Shown: piece after piece, positions 8,880-18,791 of the stretch
Layout: every line of letters begins with the position of its first letter
Numbering within the stretch: the first letter of the stretch is position 1
Source of the DNA: an uncultured Nitrospiraceae bacterium
GTDB lineage: Bacteria; Nitrospirota; Thermodesulfovibrionia; Thermodesulfovibrionales; UBA6898
Assembly (NCBI GenBank): GCA_963811165.1
Contig: CAWEQH010000001.1
Location: 256,001 to 320,000, forward strand
Length of the DNA: 64,000 nt
Direction of reading: 5' to 3'
Made by a program: the position numbers and the translations under genes
The notes under the pieces: generated by a model
Databases searched by the model: none
What the model was told of the DNA's origin: nothing
What the model saw: the letters and a program-made list of their open reading frames with translations, nothing else

Positions 8880-10844
8880 ATGGCATTACCGAATAAGCCA
8901 GCCGGAGAATTACTGGCAACGTTAGATCCCGCTGTAGTCGAGCTCGAGACCGACATACTTATCGTCGGAGGCGGTATGGCGGCGTGCGGAACTGCGTACG
9001 AGATAAAGAAATGGGCCCCTGAAGGAACGAAGATCCTTCTTTGTGACAAGGCCGCCCTCGAGAGAAGCGGCGCGGTCGCTCAGGGCCTTTCCGCGATCAA
9101 CACCTACCTCGGCGAGAATACCCCTGATGACTATGTCAGAATGATCAGGAACGACCTCATGGGTATCGTAAGGGAAGACCTGATCTTCGACTGCGGAAGA
9201 CACGTAGACAGATCAGTTTATCTTTTCGAAGAGTGGGGCCTCCCGATCTGGAAGACCCTCGAAGACGGAAAGACAGTCGACGGCGCACAGGGCGCACCGA
9301 CCCTCAAGGTCAAGACAAAGCCCGTCCGTTCAGGCCGCTGGCAGATCATGATCAATGGCGAGTCTTACAAAAGGATCGTGGCTGAAGCTGCCAAGGCAGC
9401 CCTCGGCACCGAGAACATTATCGAACGATGCTTTATTGTAAAGCTCGTCCTCGATAAAAACGAGCCCAACAGGATCGCAGGCGCGGTTGGTTTCAGCGTC
9501 AGGGAAAATAAGGTATATGTTATCAAGACCAACGCGATGATGGTTGCATGCGGCGGCGCGGTCAACGTATTCAGGCCGAGGGCTACCGGTGAAGGTATGG
9601 GCAGATGCTGGTACCCTGTCTGGAACGCAGGTTCTACCTACACCCTTTGCCAGGAAGTCGGCGCAGAGATGACGATGATGGAAAACAGGTTCGTCCCCGC
9701 AAGATTTAAAGACGGCTACGGCCCTGTCGGAGCATGGTTTCTTCTCTTCAAGGCAAAGGCAACCAACACCCTCGGCGAAAACTATATGTCAACGAACGCC
9801 GAGATGCTCAAACAGTATCCTCCGTACGGATTGGCAAAAGTACCTGCTTCCTGCCTGAGAAACCACCTCATGCTGAAAGAGATGAGGGAAGGCAGAGGCC
9901 CGATCTACATGGATACGCCTACCGCATTGAAGACCCTTTCCGCAAACATGACCCCGAAGGAAGTGAAGCACCTTCTGGCAGAGGCATGGGAAGACTTCCT
10001 CGACATGTCAGTGGGCCAGGCAGGCCTCTGGGCAGGCACGAACACCGAGCCTGAGAAGGTCGGTTCCGAGATTATGCCGACAGAGCCTTATCTCCTTGGC
10101 TCGCACTCAGGCTGCTGCGGTATATGGGCTGCCGGCCCGAATGAAGATTGGGTGCCTGAAGCATACAAGATCATGTACAAGGGCAAAAATTACAACAAAA
10201 TGACCACTGTCAACGGCCTCTTCACCGCCGGCGACGGCACAGGCGCTTCCGGCCATAAGTTCTCCTCCGGCTCACATGCCGAAGGCAGGCAGGTTGCAAA
10301 GTCCATGGCCAGGTTTGTCAGGGACAACAAGGACTTCAAGCCTGCTCTCCAAGAATCTCCGAAGGAACTTGCCGATATCGTTTACAAGCCGGTCAAGACC
10401 TTCCTGGAGCACTATCAGAAATCGACAGCTGTTGATGTTAATGTGAATTACATCAAGCCGGCCGGCTTCCAGAGAAGGCTCATGAAGATCGCCGACGAGT
10501 ACGGCGCAGGCATTGCAACATCTTATGTCACTAGCAAAGCCATGCTTGACAGGGCATTCCACCTCTTCGGCATGCTCAGGGAAGACTCCGAGAAGATGGC
10601 TGCAGGCGACCTCCACGAACTGCTCAGGGCCTGGGAGAACTACCACAGGCTCGGCACCATCGAGTCCCATCTCAGACACATCCTCTTCAGGGAAGAGTCC
10701 AGGTACCCCGGCTTCTATTACAGATCTGACTTCGACCTAGTTGACGAGAAGAACTGGAAGTGCTTTGTGAACTCGAAGTATGATCCTGCGAAGAAGGAAT
10801 GGTCCGTATTCAAGAAGGATTACATCCAGATAATACCTGACTAA
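8880..10844 (+). CDS. aprA: Adenylylsulfate reductase alpha subunit
   Basis: GGGMAACG, ERSGAVAQGLSAINTY, WQIMINGESYK, GHKFSSGSHAEG, REESRYPGFYYR. Confidence 0.98.
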   Translation: MALPNKPAGELLATLDPAVVELETDILIVGGGMAACGTAYEIKKWAPEGTKILLCDKAALERSGAVAQGLSAINTYLGENTPDDYVRMIRNDLMGIVREDLIFDCGRHVDRSVYLFEEWGLPIWKTLEDGKTVDGAQGAPTLKVKTKPVRSGRWQIMINGESYKRIVAEAAKAALGTENIIERCFIVKLVLDKNEPNRIAGAVGFSVRENKVYVIKTNAMMVACGGAVNVFRPRATGEGMGRCWYPVWNAGSTYTLCQEVGAEMTMMENRFVPARFKDGYGPVGAWFLLFKAKATNTLGENYMSTNAEMLKQYPPYGLAKVPASCLRNHLMLKEMREGRGPIYMDTPTALKTLSANMTPKEVKHLLAEAWEDFLDMSVGQAGLWAGTNTEPEKVGSEIMPTEPYLLGSHSGCCGIWAAGPNEDWVPEAYKIMYKGKNYNKMTTVNGLFTAGDGTGASGHKFSSGSHAEGRQVAKSMARFVRDNKDFKPALQESPKELADIVYKPVKTFLEHYQKSTAVDVNVNYIKPAGFQRRLMKIADEYGAGIATSYVTSKAMLDRAFHLFGMLREDSEKMAAGDLHELLRAWENYHRLGTIESHLRHILFREESRYPGFYYRSDFDLVDEKNWKCFVNSKYDPAKKEWSVFKKDYIQIIPD

Positions 10845-10874
10845 TCTGACGCGCTAAGGAGCTGTTTTTATTGT

Positions 10875-11046
10875 GTGTGCCCAGGGGCAGGCGGTCCCTG
10901 GGCACACGAGATTAAGTGACTGCAGATTAGGCAAAGGAATTTAGAAGGTCGAATTCTTTTGGCCAGTCTACAGACTGACCGTTCTTAGGGGTCGGCAAGT
11001 GCTTACCCTGGGGGACGGCATGCGAAAGGGTCAAGGCGTTGCCCTT
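10875..11046 (+). other. Structured intergenic region (four consecutive stem-loops) between aprA and qmoA
   Basis: Stems at 10875-10907, 10921-10972, 10979-11018 and 11026-11046, read directly from the sequence. Confidence 0.6.
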
Positions 11047-11092
11047 AGATTAAATATAAGGCAGTTAACCGAAGCAAAGATGGAGGAACAAC

Positions 11093-12357
11093 ATGGCGGA
11101 TGAGAAGACCGGAACCCCCGAATCAGGAACGATCTTAGTAGTAGGGGGAGGAATCAGCGGTATCACCACTGCGCTTGAAGCTGCGGAGGTCGGATACGAG
11201 GTATTTATAGTCGAAAAGAACCCATATCTTGGCGGCAGGGTGGCCCAGGACTAAACAAGTACTTCCCGAAGCTATGCCCTCCTACCTGCGGCCTGGAGAT
11301 CAATTTTCAGAGGATAAAGAAGAACAACCTTGTAAAATGGTTTACCCTTACCGAGGTGGAGAAGATTTCCGGCGGCCCGGGGAATTACGATGTCACGCTC
11401 AAAGAGAGCCCGCGCTATGTGAACAATAACTGCACGTGTTGCGGCAAGTGTGCCGAGGCGTGCGATGTCGAGATACCCAATGACCTTCAATTTCGGTATG
11501 GACAAGAGAAAGGCCGCGTACCTTCCCCATGAGATGGCGTTTCCCCAGAGATATGTGCTTGACCCCTCCATTGCCGGGACGAAGACAGCCCAGAAGTGTA
11601 AGGACGCATGCCCCTACAACGCGATAGACCTCGATGACAAGGCAAAGACATTCAATATCAAGGTGGCCTCAATCGTCTGGGCGACGGGATGGAACCCCTA
11701 TGACCCGTCGAAGATGACGAACCTCTCTTTCGGGAAGGTCCAGAATGTGATCACCAACATGATGATGGAAAGGCTTGCGGCTGCCAACGGCCCCACAAAT
11801 GGTAAGATCGTGAGGCCGTCCGACGGCAAGGTCGTCAACAACATAGCATTTGTTCAGTGCGCAGGATCGAGGGATGAAAATCATCTCCCTTTTGTTCATA
11901 TATATGCTGCCTCGCTTCCCTGAAACAGACGACGTATATAAGGGAAGCAAACCCGGAATCGAAGGCGACGATATTTTATATCGATTTAAGGACGCCCGGG
12001 AGATACGAAAAATTCTATAAGAAGGTGAAGGCCGACGCCAATGTTTCCTTTGTCAAGGGGAAGGTCGCGAAGATCGAAGAAGACCCTGCCACGAAGGACG
12101 TTGTCGTCACCGTAGAGGACACGCTGTCAGGCAAGAAGATACATGCAAGCTTTGATATGGTCGTGCTCGCTACCGGCATGGAACCTTCCACCGCACAGGT
12201 CAAGGTCCCGGGTAATGCGAAATATGATGAAAACAACTTTGTCGTTTCAGCGGAGATACTGGCCACAGGATGCGTAAAGAAGCCGTCGGACGTGATGTCA
12301 TCAGGACAGACGGCTACAGGTACCGCGCTCAAGGCCATTCAAATGGTGAGGAGGTAA
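11093..12357 (+). CDS. qmoA: QmoA (HdrA-like flavoprotein); three apparent frameshifts at ~11249, ~11484 and ~11892
   Basis: Joined frames: [123 protein letters not shown]. Confidence 0.9.
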
Positions 12358-12363
12358 CTACAG

Positions 12364-14721
12364 ATGGAAAAGAAACTCGGTGTATATATATGTGGGGGAT
12401 GCTCGATAGGGGAAGGCCTTGATCTCGAAAAGCTCTCCCTCATCGCGACCAAAGAATACAAGATCCCGCTTTGCAAGACCCATCCCGCCATGTGCGGCGA
12501 AGAAGGAGTTGGGACGATCAAGAAGGACATGGAGACCGAAGGAGTCAACACCGTGGTCATCGCGGCCTGCTCGGGAAGGGTCAAGTATGATGTCTTTGAT
12601 TTCGGTCCGGCGAACATAGTGGAGAGGGTGAATATAAGAGAACAAGTCGTCTGGAGTCATGACTGGACAAAGCAGGTGAAGGTCAAGACAAAGGACGCCG
12701 AAGGAAATGATGTTGTCAAAGAAGAGACCCAGCGCAATGACGATACCCAGATGCTTGCAGAGGACTACCTCAGGATGGGTATTGTCAAGGCCCAGAAGAT
12801 GAACCAGGTCGACCCTTATCTGCTCGAAAATGTCGAAAAGAGTATTCTTGTCATCGGGGGGGGGATTACTGGATTGACCTCAGCGATTGAGGCCGCAAAG
12901 ACCGGTTATGAGGTTACGATCGTCGAAAAGGCCGCGCAGCTTGGCGGATACGCCGCAAAGCAGCGCAAGCAGATACCGACAAAGGCCCCCTATACTGATC
13001 TGGAACCGAACACAATTCAGGATAAGATAAAAGAAGCCGAAGGTAATTCCAAAATAACGATCAAGACGGGTATAGAAATAGCCAGGATCAGCGGAGGCCC
13101 CGGGCAGTTCGATGTCTCATTCAAACCTTCCGGCACAAAGTCCAAATGGGACATTCCGCCCAAGAAGAAGGAAGAGGATAAAGATAAACCTGCAGAGGCC
13201 GCCGAGAAGCCGGCCGAGGAACCGGTAGAGCTTCCGGCCGATCAGATCAAGTGTGAGGACATTCTCACTTCGGATCCGGACGCCGAACGTTTCGGCGCGG
13301 TAATCGTTGCTGCCGGCGGAAGGCCTTCCGACCCTTCTGCATTCGAGCATCTTGGGTACGGCAAGTTTGCAAACGTGATCACGAATGTGATGCTGGAGGA
13401 AACCGCCTCCAAGGGCAAGATCGTCAGGCCTTCGGACGGCAAAGCGGCAAAGACAGTTGCCTTTATTCAGAGCCCCGGCCTGAACGGAGATGACAGCGAT
13501 TTTCCTTACGCCTCATCTGTAACGAGCATGATATCTCTGAAGCAGGCGAACTATCTGACGGAAGACTATGCTGACGGCAAGGCCTATATATTTTACAAGC
13601 ATATGCGCACGCCGGGGCACTATGAGAATTTCTACAAGTCGGCACAGAACAACCCCGGAGTTTTCCTGACCAGGGGTGAGGTCAAGTCAGTCACCGAAAA
13701 AGCGGACAAGGGCCTGACTGTCGAGATCGACGATACCATCCTCGGCGAAAAGATCGCGGTGGATGTCGACCTTGTGGTACTGGCGGCGGGTATGACCCCG
13801 GAGACCCAGTTTGAGCCGGTGATAAATCTCGCATACAGGCAGGGACCGGCTTTCAGGGACCTTGAACTCTTTGACGGCTATGCCGATTCCAACTATATTT
13901 GTTTCCCTTATGAGACGAGACGTACCGGGATCTATACCGCAGGGAACGTCAGACAGACCATGACGAACGGCGAGTGCATCGAGGACGCCACGGGCGCTGC
14001 ACTTAAGGCAATACAGTGTCTTGAGTCCACGAACAGAGGCATGGCCGTGCATCCGAGGTCGGGAGATATGTCCTTCCCGGAGTTCTTCTTCCAGCGGTGT
14101 ACGCAGTGCAAGAGATGCACGGAGGAATGCCCCTTCGGCGCGCTTGACGACGACGAAAAGGGTACGCCCAAGCCCAACCCGACAAGGTGCAGGAGATGCG
14201 GTACGTGTATGGGCGCCTGTCCCGAGAGGATCGTATCCTTTAAGAACTATCACATTGACATGATAGGCTCGATGGTCAAGGCGATCAATGTCCCGGACGA
14301 GGAGGAGGAAAAATACAGGATCGTAGCCTTTGTCTGCGAAAACGACGCATTGCCCGCACTGGATATGGCCGGCCTGCATAAACTGAAATATTCTGCCGAC
14401 ATCAGGTTCATCCCGGTCCGCTGCCTTGGCTCGGTAAACACGATATGGATAGCGGATGCGATGTCAAAGGGCAATGACGGTGTGCTTCTCATCGGCTGCA
14501 AATATGGCGATGATTATCAGTGCCACTTCGTAAAGGGAAGCGAGCTTTGCAATAAGAGAATGGACAACGTGGCCGAGACGCTGGGGAAACTGAGACTGGA
14601 GCCCGTCAGGGTGCAGCAGATCCAGTTTTCGATAGACGAATATGACAAGATCCCGGAAGTGATCGGCAAATTCGTCGAAGTAATAGAAGGCGTAGGCTTC
14701 AACCCGATGAAGGGATTTTAG
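12364..14721 (+). CDS. qmoB: QmoB (HdrA-like plus FlpD/MvhD domain)
   Basis: VIGGGITG, FICFPYETRRTGIY-like, CTQCKRCTEECPFG, CRRCGTCMGACP, C-terminal CENDA..RCLGS..GCKYGDDYQCHF. Confidence 0.96.
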   Translation: MEKKLGVYICGGCSIGEGLDLEKLSLIATKEYKIPLCKTHPAMCGEEGVGTIKKDMETEGVNTVVIAACSGRVKYDVFDFGPANIVERVNIREQVVWSHDWTKQVKVKTKDAEGNDVVKEETQRNDDTQMLAEDYLRMGIVKAQKMNQVDPYLLENVEKSILVIGGGITGLTSAIEAAKTGYEVTIVEKAAQLGGYAAKQRKQIPTKAPYTDLEPNTIQDKIKEAEGNSKITIKTGIEIARISGGPGQFDVSFKPSGTKSKWDIPPKKKEEDKDKPAEAAEKPAEEPVELPADQIKCEDILTSDPDAERFGAVIVAAGGRPSDPSAFEHLGYGKFANVITNVMLEETASKGKIVRPSDGKAAKTVAFIQSPGLNGDDSDFPYASSVTSMISLKQANYLTEDYADGKAYIFYKHMRTPGHYENFYKSAQNNPGVFLTRGEVKSVTEKADKGLTVEIDDTILGEKIAVDVDLVVLAAGMTPETQFEPVINLAYRQGPAFRDLELFDGYADSNYICFPYETRRTGIYTAGNVRQTMTNGECIEDATGAALKAIQCLESTNRGMAVHPRSGDMSFPEFFFQRCTQCKRCTEECPFGALDDDEKGTPKPNPTRCRRCGTCMGACPERIVSFKNYHIDMIGSMVKAINVPDEEEEKYRIVAFVCENDALPALDMAGLHKLKYSADIRFIPVRCLGSVNTIWIADAMSKGNDGVLLIGCKYGDDYQCHFVKGSELCNKRMDNVAETLGKLRLEPVRVQQIQFSIDEYDKIPEVIGKFVEVIEGVGFNPMKGF

Positions 14722-14731
14722 GAGGTAATAC

Positions 14732-15901
14732 ATGGCTGAAGGCAAGTTGATTAACCCTGATTTAGATTTTGTAAAGAGGATCATGAATTCGGGCGGCGAG
14801 TCGCTCAAGAAGTGCTATCAATGCGCTACGTGCTCCGTTGTGTGCAATATGACGCCGGACGACAAGCCCTTCCCGAGAAAAGAGATGATACACGCTCAGT
14901 GGGGGCTGAAGGAGAAACTCTTCGGCAATCCGGATATCTGGATATGCCATCAGTGCAGCGATTGTACGGCCTATTGCCCCAGGGGAGCTAAGCCCGGAGA
15001 AGTCCTTGGCGCAATAAGGAAAGTGAGCATTGAGCACTACTCGTTCCCGTCTTTCCTTGGCAGGATGGTCGGAGACCCGAAGTTCTTAGTCTTTCTCCTT
15101 TTGGTGCCGGTGGTGTTATTTGCAGTAGTGGCTCCCTATCTGGGACACCTTATTCCATCGGAATATCTGGAAGGTCACACGCCGGGATATCTGAATGAGC
15201 TGATCACCTCCAATGATACGATCGTGTATGCCGAGAAATTTATGCCCGTCCCTTTCATCGATACAGTCTTCGGCGCTGCGGCGCTCTTTGCAGCCTTCGG
15301 GTTCTTCATAGGAATCAGGAAGTATTGGAAGGACCTCACCGCATACAACGGTAAGCCGAAAGGATCTATTATCAGCGCGCTTATCGCAACGATTACGGAC
15401 TTTCTGGCACACAAGAACTTCAAGAAATGCGAGGTGACGGTCGACAGGTCAAAATCCCATCTTTTCGTTTTCTACGGCTTTGTCGGTCTAGCTATAACCA
15501 CGACCTGGGCGATCTTTTACCTATACGGCCTGCATAGGGAATCTCCCTATCCGTTGTACGACCCGATGAAGTTGCTCGGAAACGCAAGTGCTCTGGGGCT
15601 CCTGCTCGGTATATTTTGGGTGATCTATAACAGACTGAGAAACGCAGAAAAGGCCGGAGGGGGCAGCTATTATGACTGGCTCTTCATCGGCGTTGTGCTG
15701 ACGATCGTTTCTACTGGGATACTCAGCGAAGTGCTGAGGCTCCTCGGGATCGCACTGCTTGCGTATCCTGTCTATTTCATACATCTGGTTGCTATTTTCT
15801 TCCTCTTTGCATATGCGCCTTTCTCAAAAATGGCCCATATGGTATACAGAACGACCGCTCTTGTCTATGCTAAGAGCGTCGGCAGGGAGATAGGAAACTA
15901 A
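14732..15901 (+). CDS. qmoC: QmoC (HdrC-like FeS domain plus cytochrome b membrane domain)
   Basis: CYQCATCSVVC, CHQCSDCTAYCPRGAKPG, TM helices with conserved His, PFSKMAHMVYR. Confidence 0.96.
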   Translation: MAEGKLINPDLDFVKRIMNSGGESLKKCYQCATCSVVCNMTPDDKPFPRKEMIHAQWGLKEKLFGNPDIWICHQCSDCTAYCPRGAKPGEVLGAIRKVSIEHYSFPSFLGRMVGDPKFLVFLLLVPVVLFAVVAPYLGHLIPSEYLEGHTPGYLNELITSNDTIVYAEKFMPVPFIDTVFGAAALFAAFGFFIGIRKYWKDLTAYNGKPKGSIISALIATITDFLAHKNFKKCEVTVDRSKSHLFVFYGFVGLAITTTWAIFYLYGLHRESPYPLYDPMKLLGNASALGLLLGIFWVIYNRLRNAEKAGGGSYYDWLFIGVVLTIVSTGILSEVLRLLGIALLAYPVYFIHLVAIFFLFAYAPFSKMAHMVYRTTALVYAKSVGREIGN

Positions 15902-15948
15902 ACAGGGCTGTATGACTTTGATACAGCAGAAAGAGCAGGAGGAATACT

Positions 15949-16392
15949 TTGGCAACAGTTAAGGAAATATTAGGGACGATCGAAAGGCATATTTTTTCTA
16001 TCGACAAGGGCAGGACCGTCGCAGACGCGGTAAGCCAGCTGGTTGAAAACGAGATCGGGGCGCTGGTCGTTACGGACGGCGAAAAGCCTGTAGGGATGTT
16101 TACCGAGAGGGATGTTCTCAAATGCTGGACCAGAAAGGCCGATCGCCACTTCAAGGACATCAATATCTCCGAAGTCATGAGCACGAACCTCATTATCGCA
16201 GAGGCCGATGACGACCTTTGTTATGTGACGACTATCATGATCAAAAACAGGATCAGGCATCTGCCTGTCCTCGACAAAAGCAAGATCGTTGCAATGCTCT
16301 CCATAAGAGACGTCGTCAAGGCTCAGGTGACGGACCTCAGAGCGGAAAACCACTATCTGAAGGACTATATCTCGGACAAATATCCAGGGTGA
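15949..16392 (+). CDS. Stand-alone CBS-pair protein
   Basis: IGALVV..VGMFTERD..VM..IRHLPV..LSIRDVV; AGGAGG RBS, TTG start. Confidence 0.9.
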   Translation: MATVKEILGTIERHIFSIDKGRTVADAVSQLVENEIGALVVTDGEKPVGMFTERDVLKCWTRKADRHFKDINISEVMSTNLIIAEADDDLCYVTTIMIKNRIRHLPVLDKSKIVAMLSIRDVVKAQVTDLRAENHYLKDYISDKYPG

Positions 16393-16522
16393 TCTTTGCA
16401 TGACTTGTTATTGCTTATCAGATAATTCACGATTCTTAATAAAGGAGGTGACGGCCGGAGCATTAAAGTTTTTTTAGGGGTGTTTTAGCCTTACCGACAT
16501 TTATCACAAAAGGAGGAGTTTA

Positions 16523-18601
16523 ATGAGTAATACAATACTTTTTGCCTTGGGTTGCGGAGTATTAGGCATTATTTACGCCGTGATGACCGCAATGTGGGTA
16601 TCAAAGCAGGACGCAGGAAGTGCGAAGATGCAGGAGATTTCGAATGCCGTCAAAGAGGGCGCATATGCATTTTTAGCCCGTGAGTATAAAACTGTTGCAA
16701 TGGTTGCCGTTGTACTGGTTATTATTATTGCCGCGATACCCCAGCTCGGTATGTGGGCAGCTATCGGTTTCGTAATCGGAACTGTTGGTTCAGCATTTGC
16801 AGGCTTTGTCGGTATGTGGGTCACTGTTCGTGCAAATGTGAGAACAACAGCGGCCGCAAGCAGGGGTCTTCAGGCTGCACTCGGGCTTGCCTTTAAGGGT
16901 GGCTCAGTTACAGGTGTTATGGTCGTCGGTACCGGAATCATAGGTCTGGCCGGCTTTTATTTTATTGCAAAGCAAATGGCCCCTGAGCAGGCATTCCATG
17001 CACTGATCGGTCTTGGCTTCGGGTGCTCACTAATGAGCGTTTTCGCCCGTATCGCCGGCGGAATCTACACAAAGGCAGCAGACGTAGGAGCTGACCTTGT
17101 TGGAAAAGTTGAAGCAGGAATTCCTGAGGATGATCCCAGAAACCCAGCAGTTATCGCTGACAACGTCGGCGACAACGTCGGTGACTGCGCGGGTATGGCG
17201 GCCGACCTTTATGAGACATATACAGTTACGCTGGTTGCGGCAATGCTTCTTGCAAAGACTGTTTTTGGCGCTGAGAGCCCATGGGTGGAATTTCCGTTGA
17301 TGCTCGGCGGCATATCCATTATCGCCTCGATTATCGGGACGTTTGCAGTAAGGCTTGGCAAAAGCCAGTATATCATGGGCGCCCTCTATAAGGGTCTTGC
17401 TGTCGCAGGTGTTCTTGCGGCAATAACCTTTTATATCGTGACAGGCGAGTTCCTGAAAGGTGTTGATGCGGCCTCAATGGCAACTCACCCGTCATTTACA
17501 CAGATGAATGTATTTCTTATGGCGCTTATCGGTCTTGCATTGACCGGACTGATCGTGGCCATAACAGAATATTTTACCGCTAAGGAGTACGGCCCGGTGC
17601 AGCACATTGCACAGGCAAGTCTGACCGGCCACGGCACAAACGTGATCGCCGGTCTCGCAGTCAGCATGAAGTCAACCGCTGCTCCTGTTATAGTTATCGT
17701 AGCCTCGATCCTTGGCGCTTATCAATTGGGCGGCGGGTTTGCCGGGGACATGACTGGCGGCCTTTTTGCAATAGCCCTCTCGGCTGTTTCGATGCTTTCG
17801 ATGACAGGTATCGTTGTTGCGATTGACTCGTATGGTCCTATTACAGACAATGCAGGCGGTATCGCAGAGATGTCAGGACTGCCCGAAGAGATCCGTAATA
17901 TCACAGACCCCCTGGATGCAGTCGGAAACACAACAAAGGCTGTTACAAAGGGCTATGCTATCGGCTCAGCAGCACTTGCAGCCCTCGTGCTTTTTGCGGA
18001 GTACTCGCGGTCGTTCCCAACGACCATTCTATTTGACCTTTCAAACCCGATGGTCTTGGCTGGTCTCTTTATCGGCGGACTTCTTCCCTATTATTACGGC
18101 TCGCTTCTTATGGAGGCTGTCGGCAAGGCAGCAGGGAGCATCGTTGAGGAAGTCAGAAGACAGTTCAGGGAAATCCCCGGCATTATGGAATACAAGGCAA
18201 AGCCGGAGTACGGCAAGTGCGTTGACATTGTCACAAAAGGCGCCATCAGACAGATGATGCTCCCTGCCCTTATACCCGTTGTCGTTCCTATTGTGGTAGG
18301 TCTTGGTCTTGGCAAAGAGGCCCTCGGCGGAGTTCTTATCGGGAGTATCCTGACCGGACTCTTCCAGGCGATCGCCATGACAAGCGGCGGCGGCGCATGG
18401 GACAACGCCAAAAAATCCTTTGAAGACGGCGTTACCGACTCCAAGGGTGTTATTCATAAGAAGGGTAGCGATGGACACAAGGCCTCTGTTACGGGTGACA
18501 CGGTCGGCGATCCTTACAAAGACACCGCAGGTCCTGCGATCAACCCTATGATCAAGGTTATCAACATCGTTGCACTCTTGATCGTTCCAATGATGAAATA
18601 G
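16523..18601 (+). CDS. hppA: Membrane-bound pyrophosphatase, predicted K+-independent H+ pump
   Basis: [49 protein letters not shown] (Lys at the K+-determining position), [14 protein letters not shown]. Confidence 0.95.
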   Translation: MSNTILFALGCGVLGIIYAVMTAMWVSKQDAGSAKMQEISNAVKEGAYAFLAREYKTVAMVAVVLVIIIAAIPQLGMWAAIGFVIGTVGSAFAGFVGMWVTVRANVRTTAAASRGLQAALGLAFKGGSVTGVMVVGTGIIGLAGFYFIAKQMAPEQAFHALIGLGFGCSLMSVFARIAGGIYTKAADVGADLVGKVEAGIPEDDPRNPAVIADNVGDNVGDCAGMAADLYETYTVTLVAAMLLAKTVFGAESPWVEFPLMLGGISIIASIIGTFAVRLGKSQYIMGALYKGLAVAGVLAAITFYIVTGEFLKGVDAASMATHPSFTQMNVFLMALIGLALTGLIVAITEYFTAKEYGPVQHIAQASLTGHGTNVIAGLAVSMKSTAAPVIVIVASILGAYQLGGGFAGDMTGGLFAIALSAVSMLSMTGIVVAIDSYGPITDNAGGIAEMSGLPEEIRNITDPLDAVGNTTKAVTKGYAIGSAALAALVLFAEYSRSFPTTILFDLSNPMVLAGLFIGGLLPYYYGSLLMEAVGKAAGSIVEEVRRQFREIPGIMEYKAKPEYGKCVDIVTKGAIRQMMLPALIPVVVPIVVGLGLGKEALGGVLIGSILTGLFQAIAMTSGGGAWDNAKKSFEDGVTDSKGVIHKKGSDGHKASVTGDTVGDPYKDTAGPAINPMIKVINIVALLIVPMMK

Positions 18602-18623
18602 TTTAGATAGTTTATAACAGCGG

Positions 18624-18658
18624 AAAGCCGATTCCGGGGCATCGGAATCGGCTTTTTT
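18624..18658 (+). terminator. Rho-independent terminator after hppA
   Basis: AAAGCCGATTCCG-loop-CGGAATCGGCTTTTTT. Confidence 0.85.
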
Positions 18659-18791
18659 GTTATAATAAAACGTTAGAAAAAGGCATTTCACTTATGCATG
18701 CAGATTTTATCAAGATAATTTCCCGATAGACCCATTTTTTTGTGGGGTATTTTGTGAGAATATGCTGTGATTTTTTTGAAGGGGTGTAAAG

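Noticed and set aside
11229..11925. Selenocysteine readthrough or programmed frameshifting in qmoA
   Set aside because: The breaks are frame changes, not in-frame TGA at Cys positions; no slippery heptamers; the same indel pattern occurs in unrelated genes.
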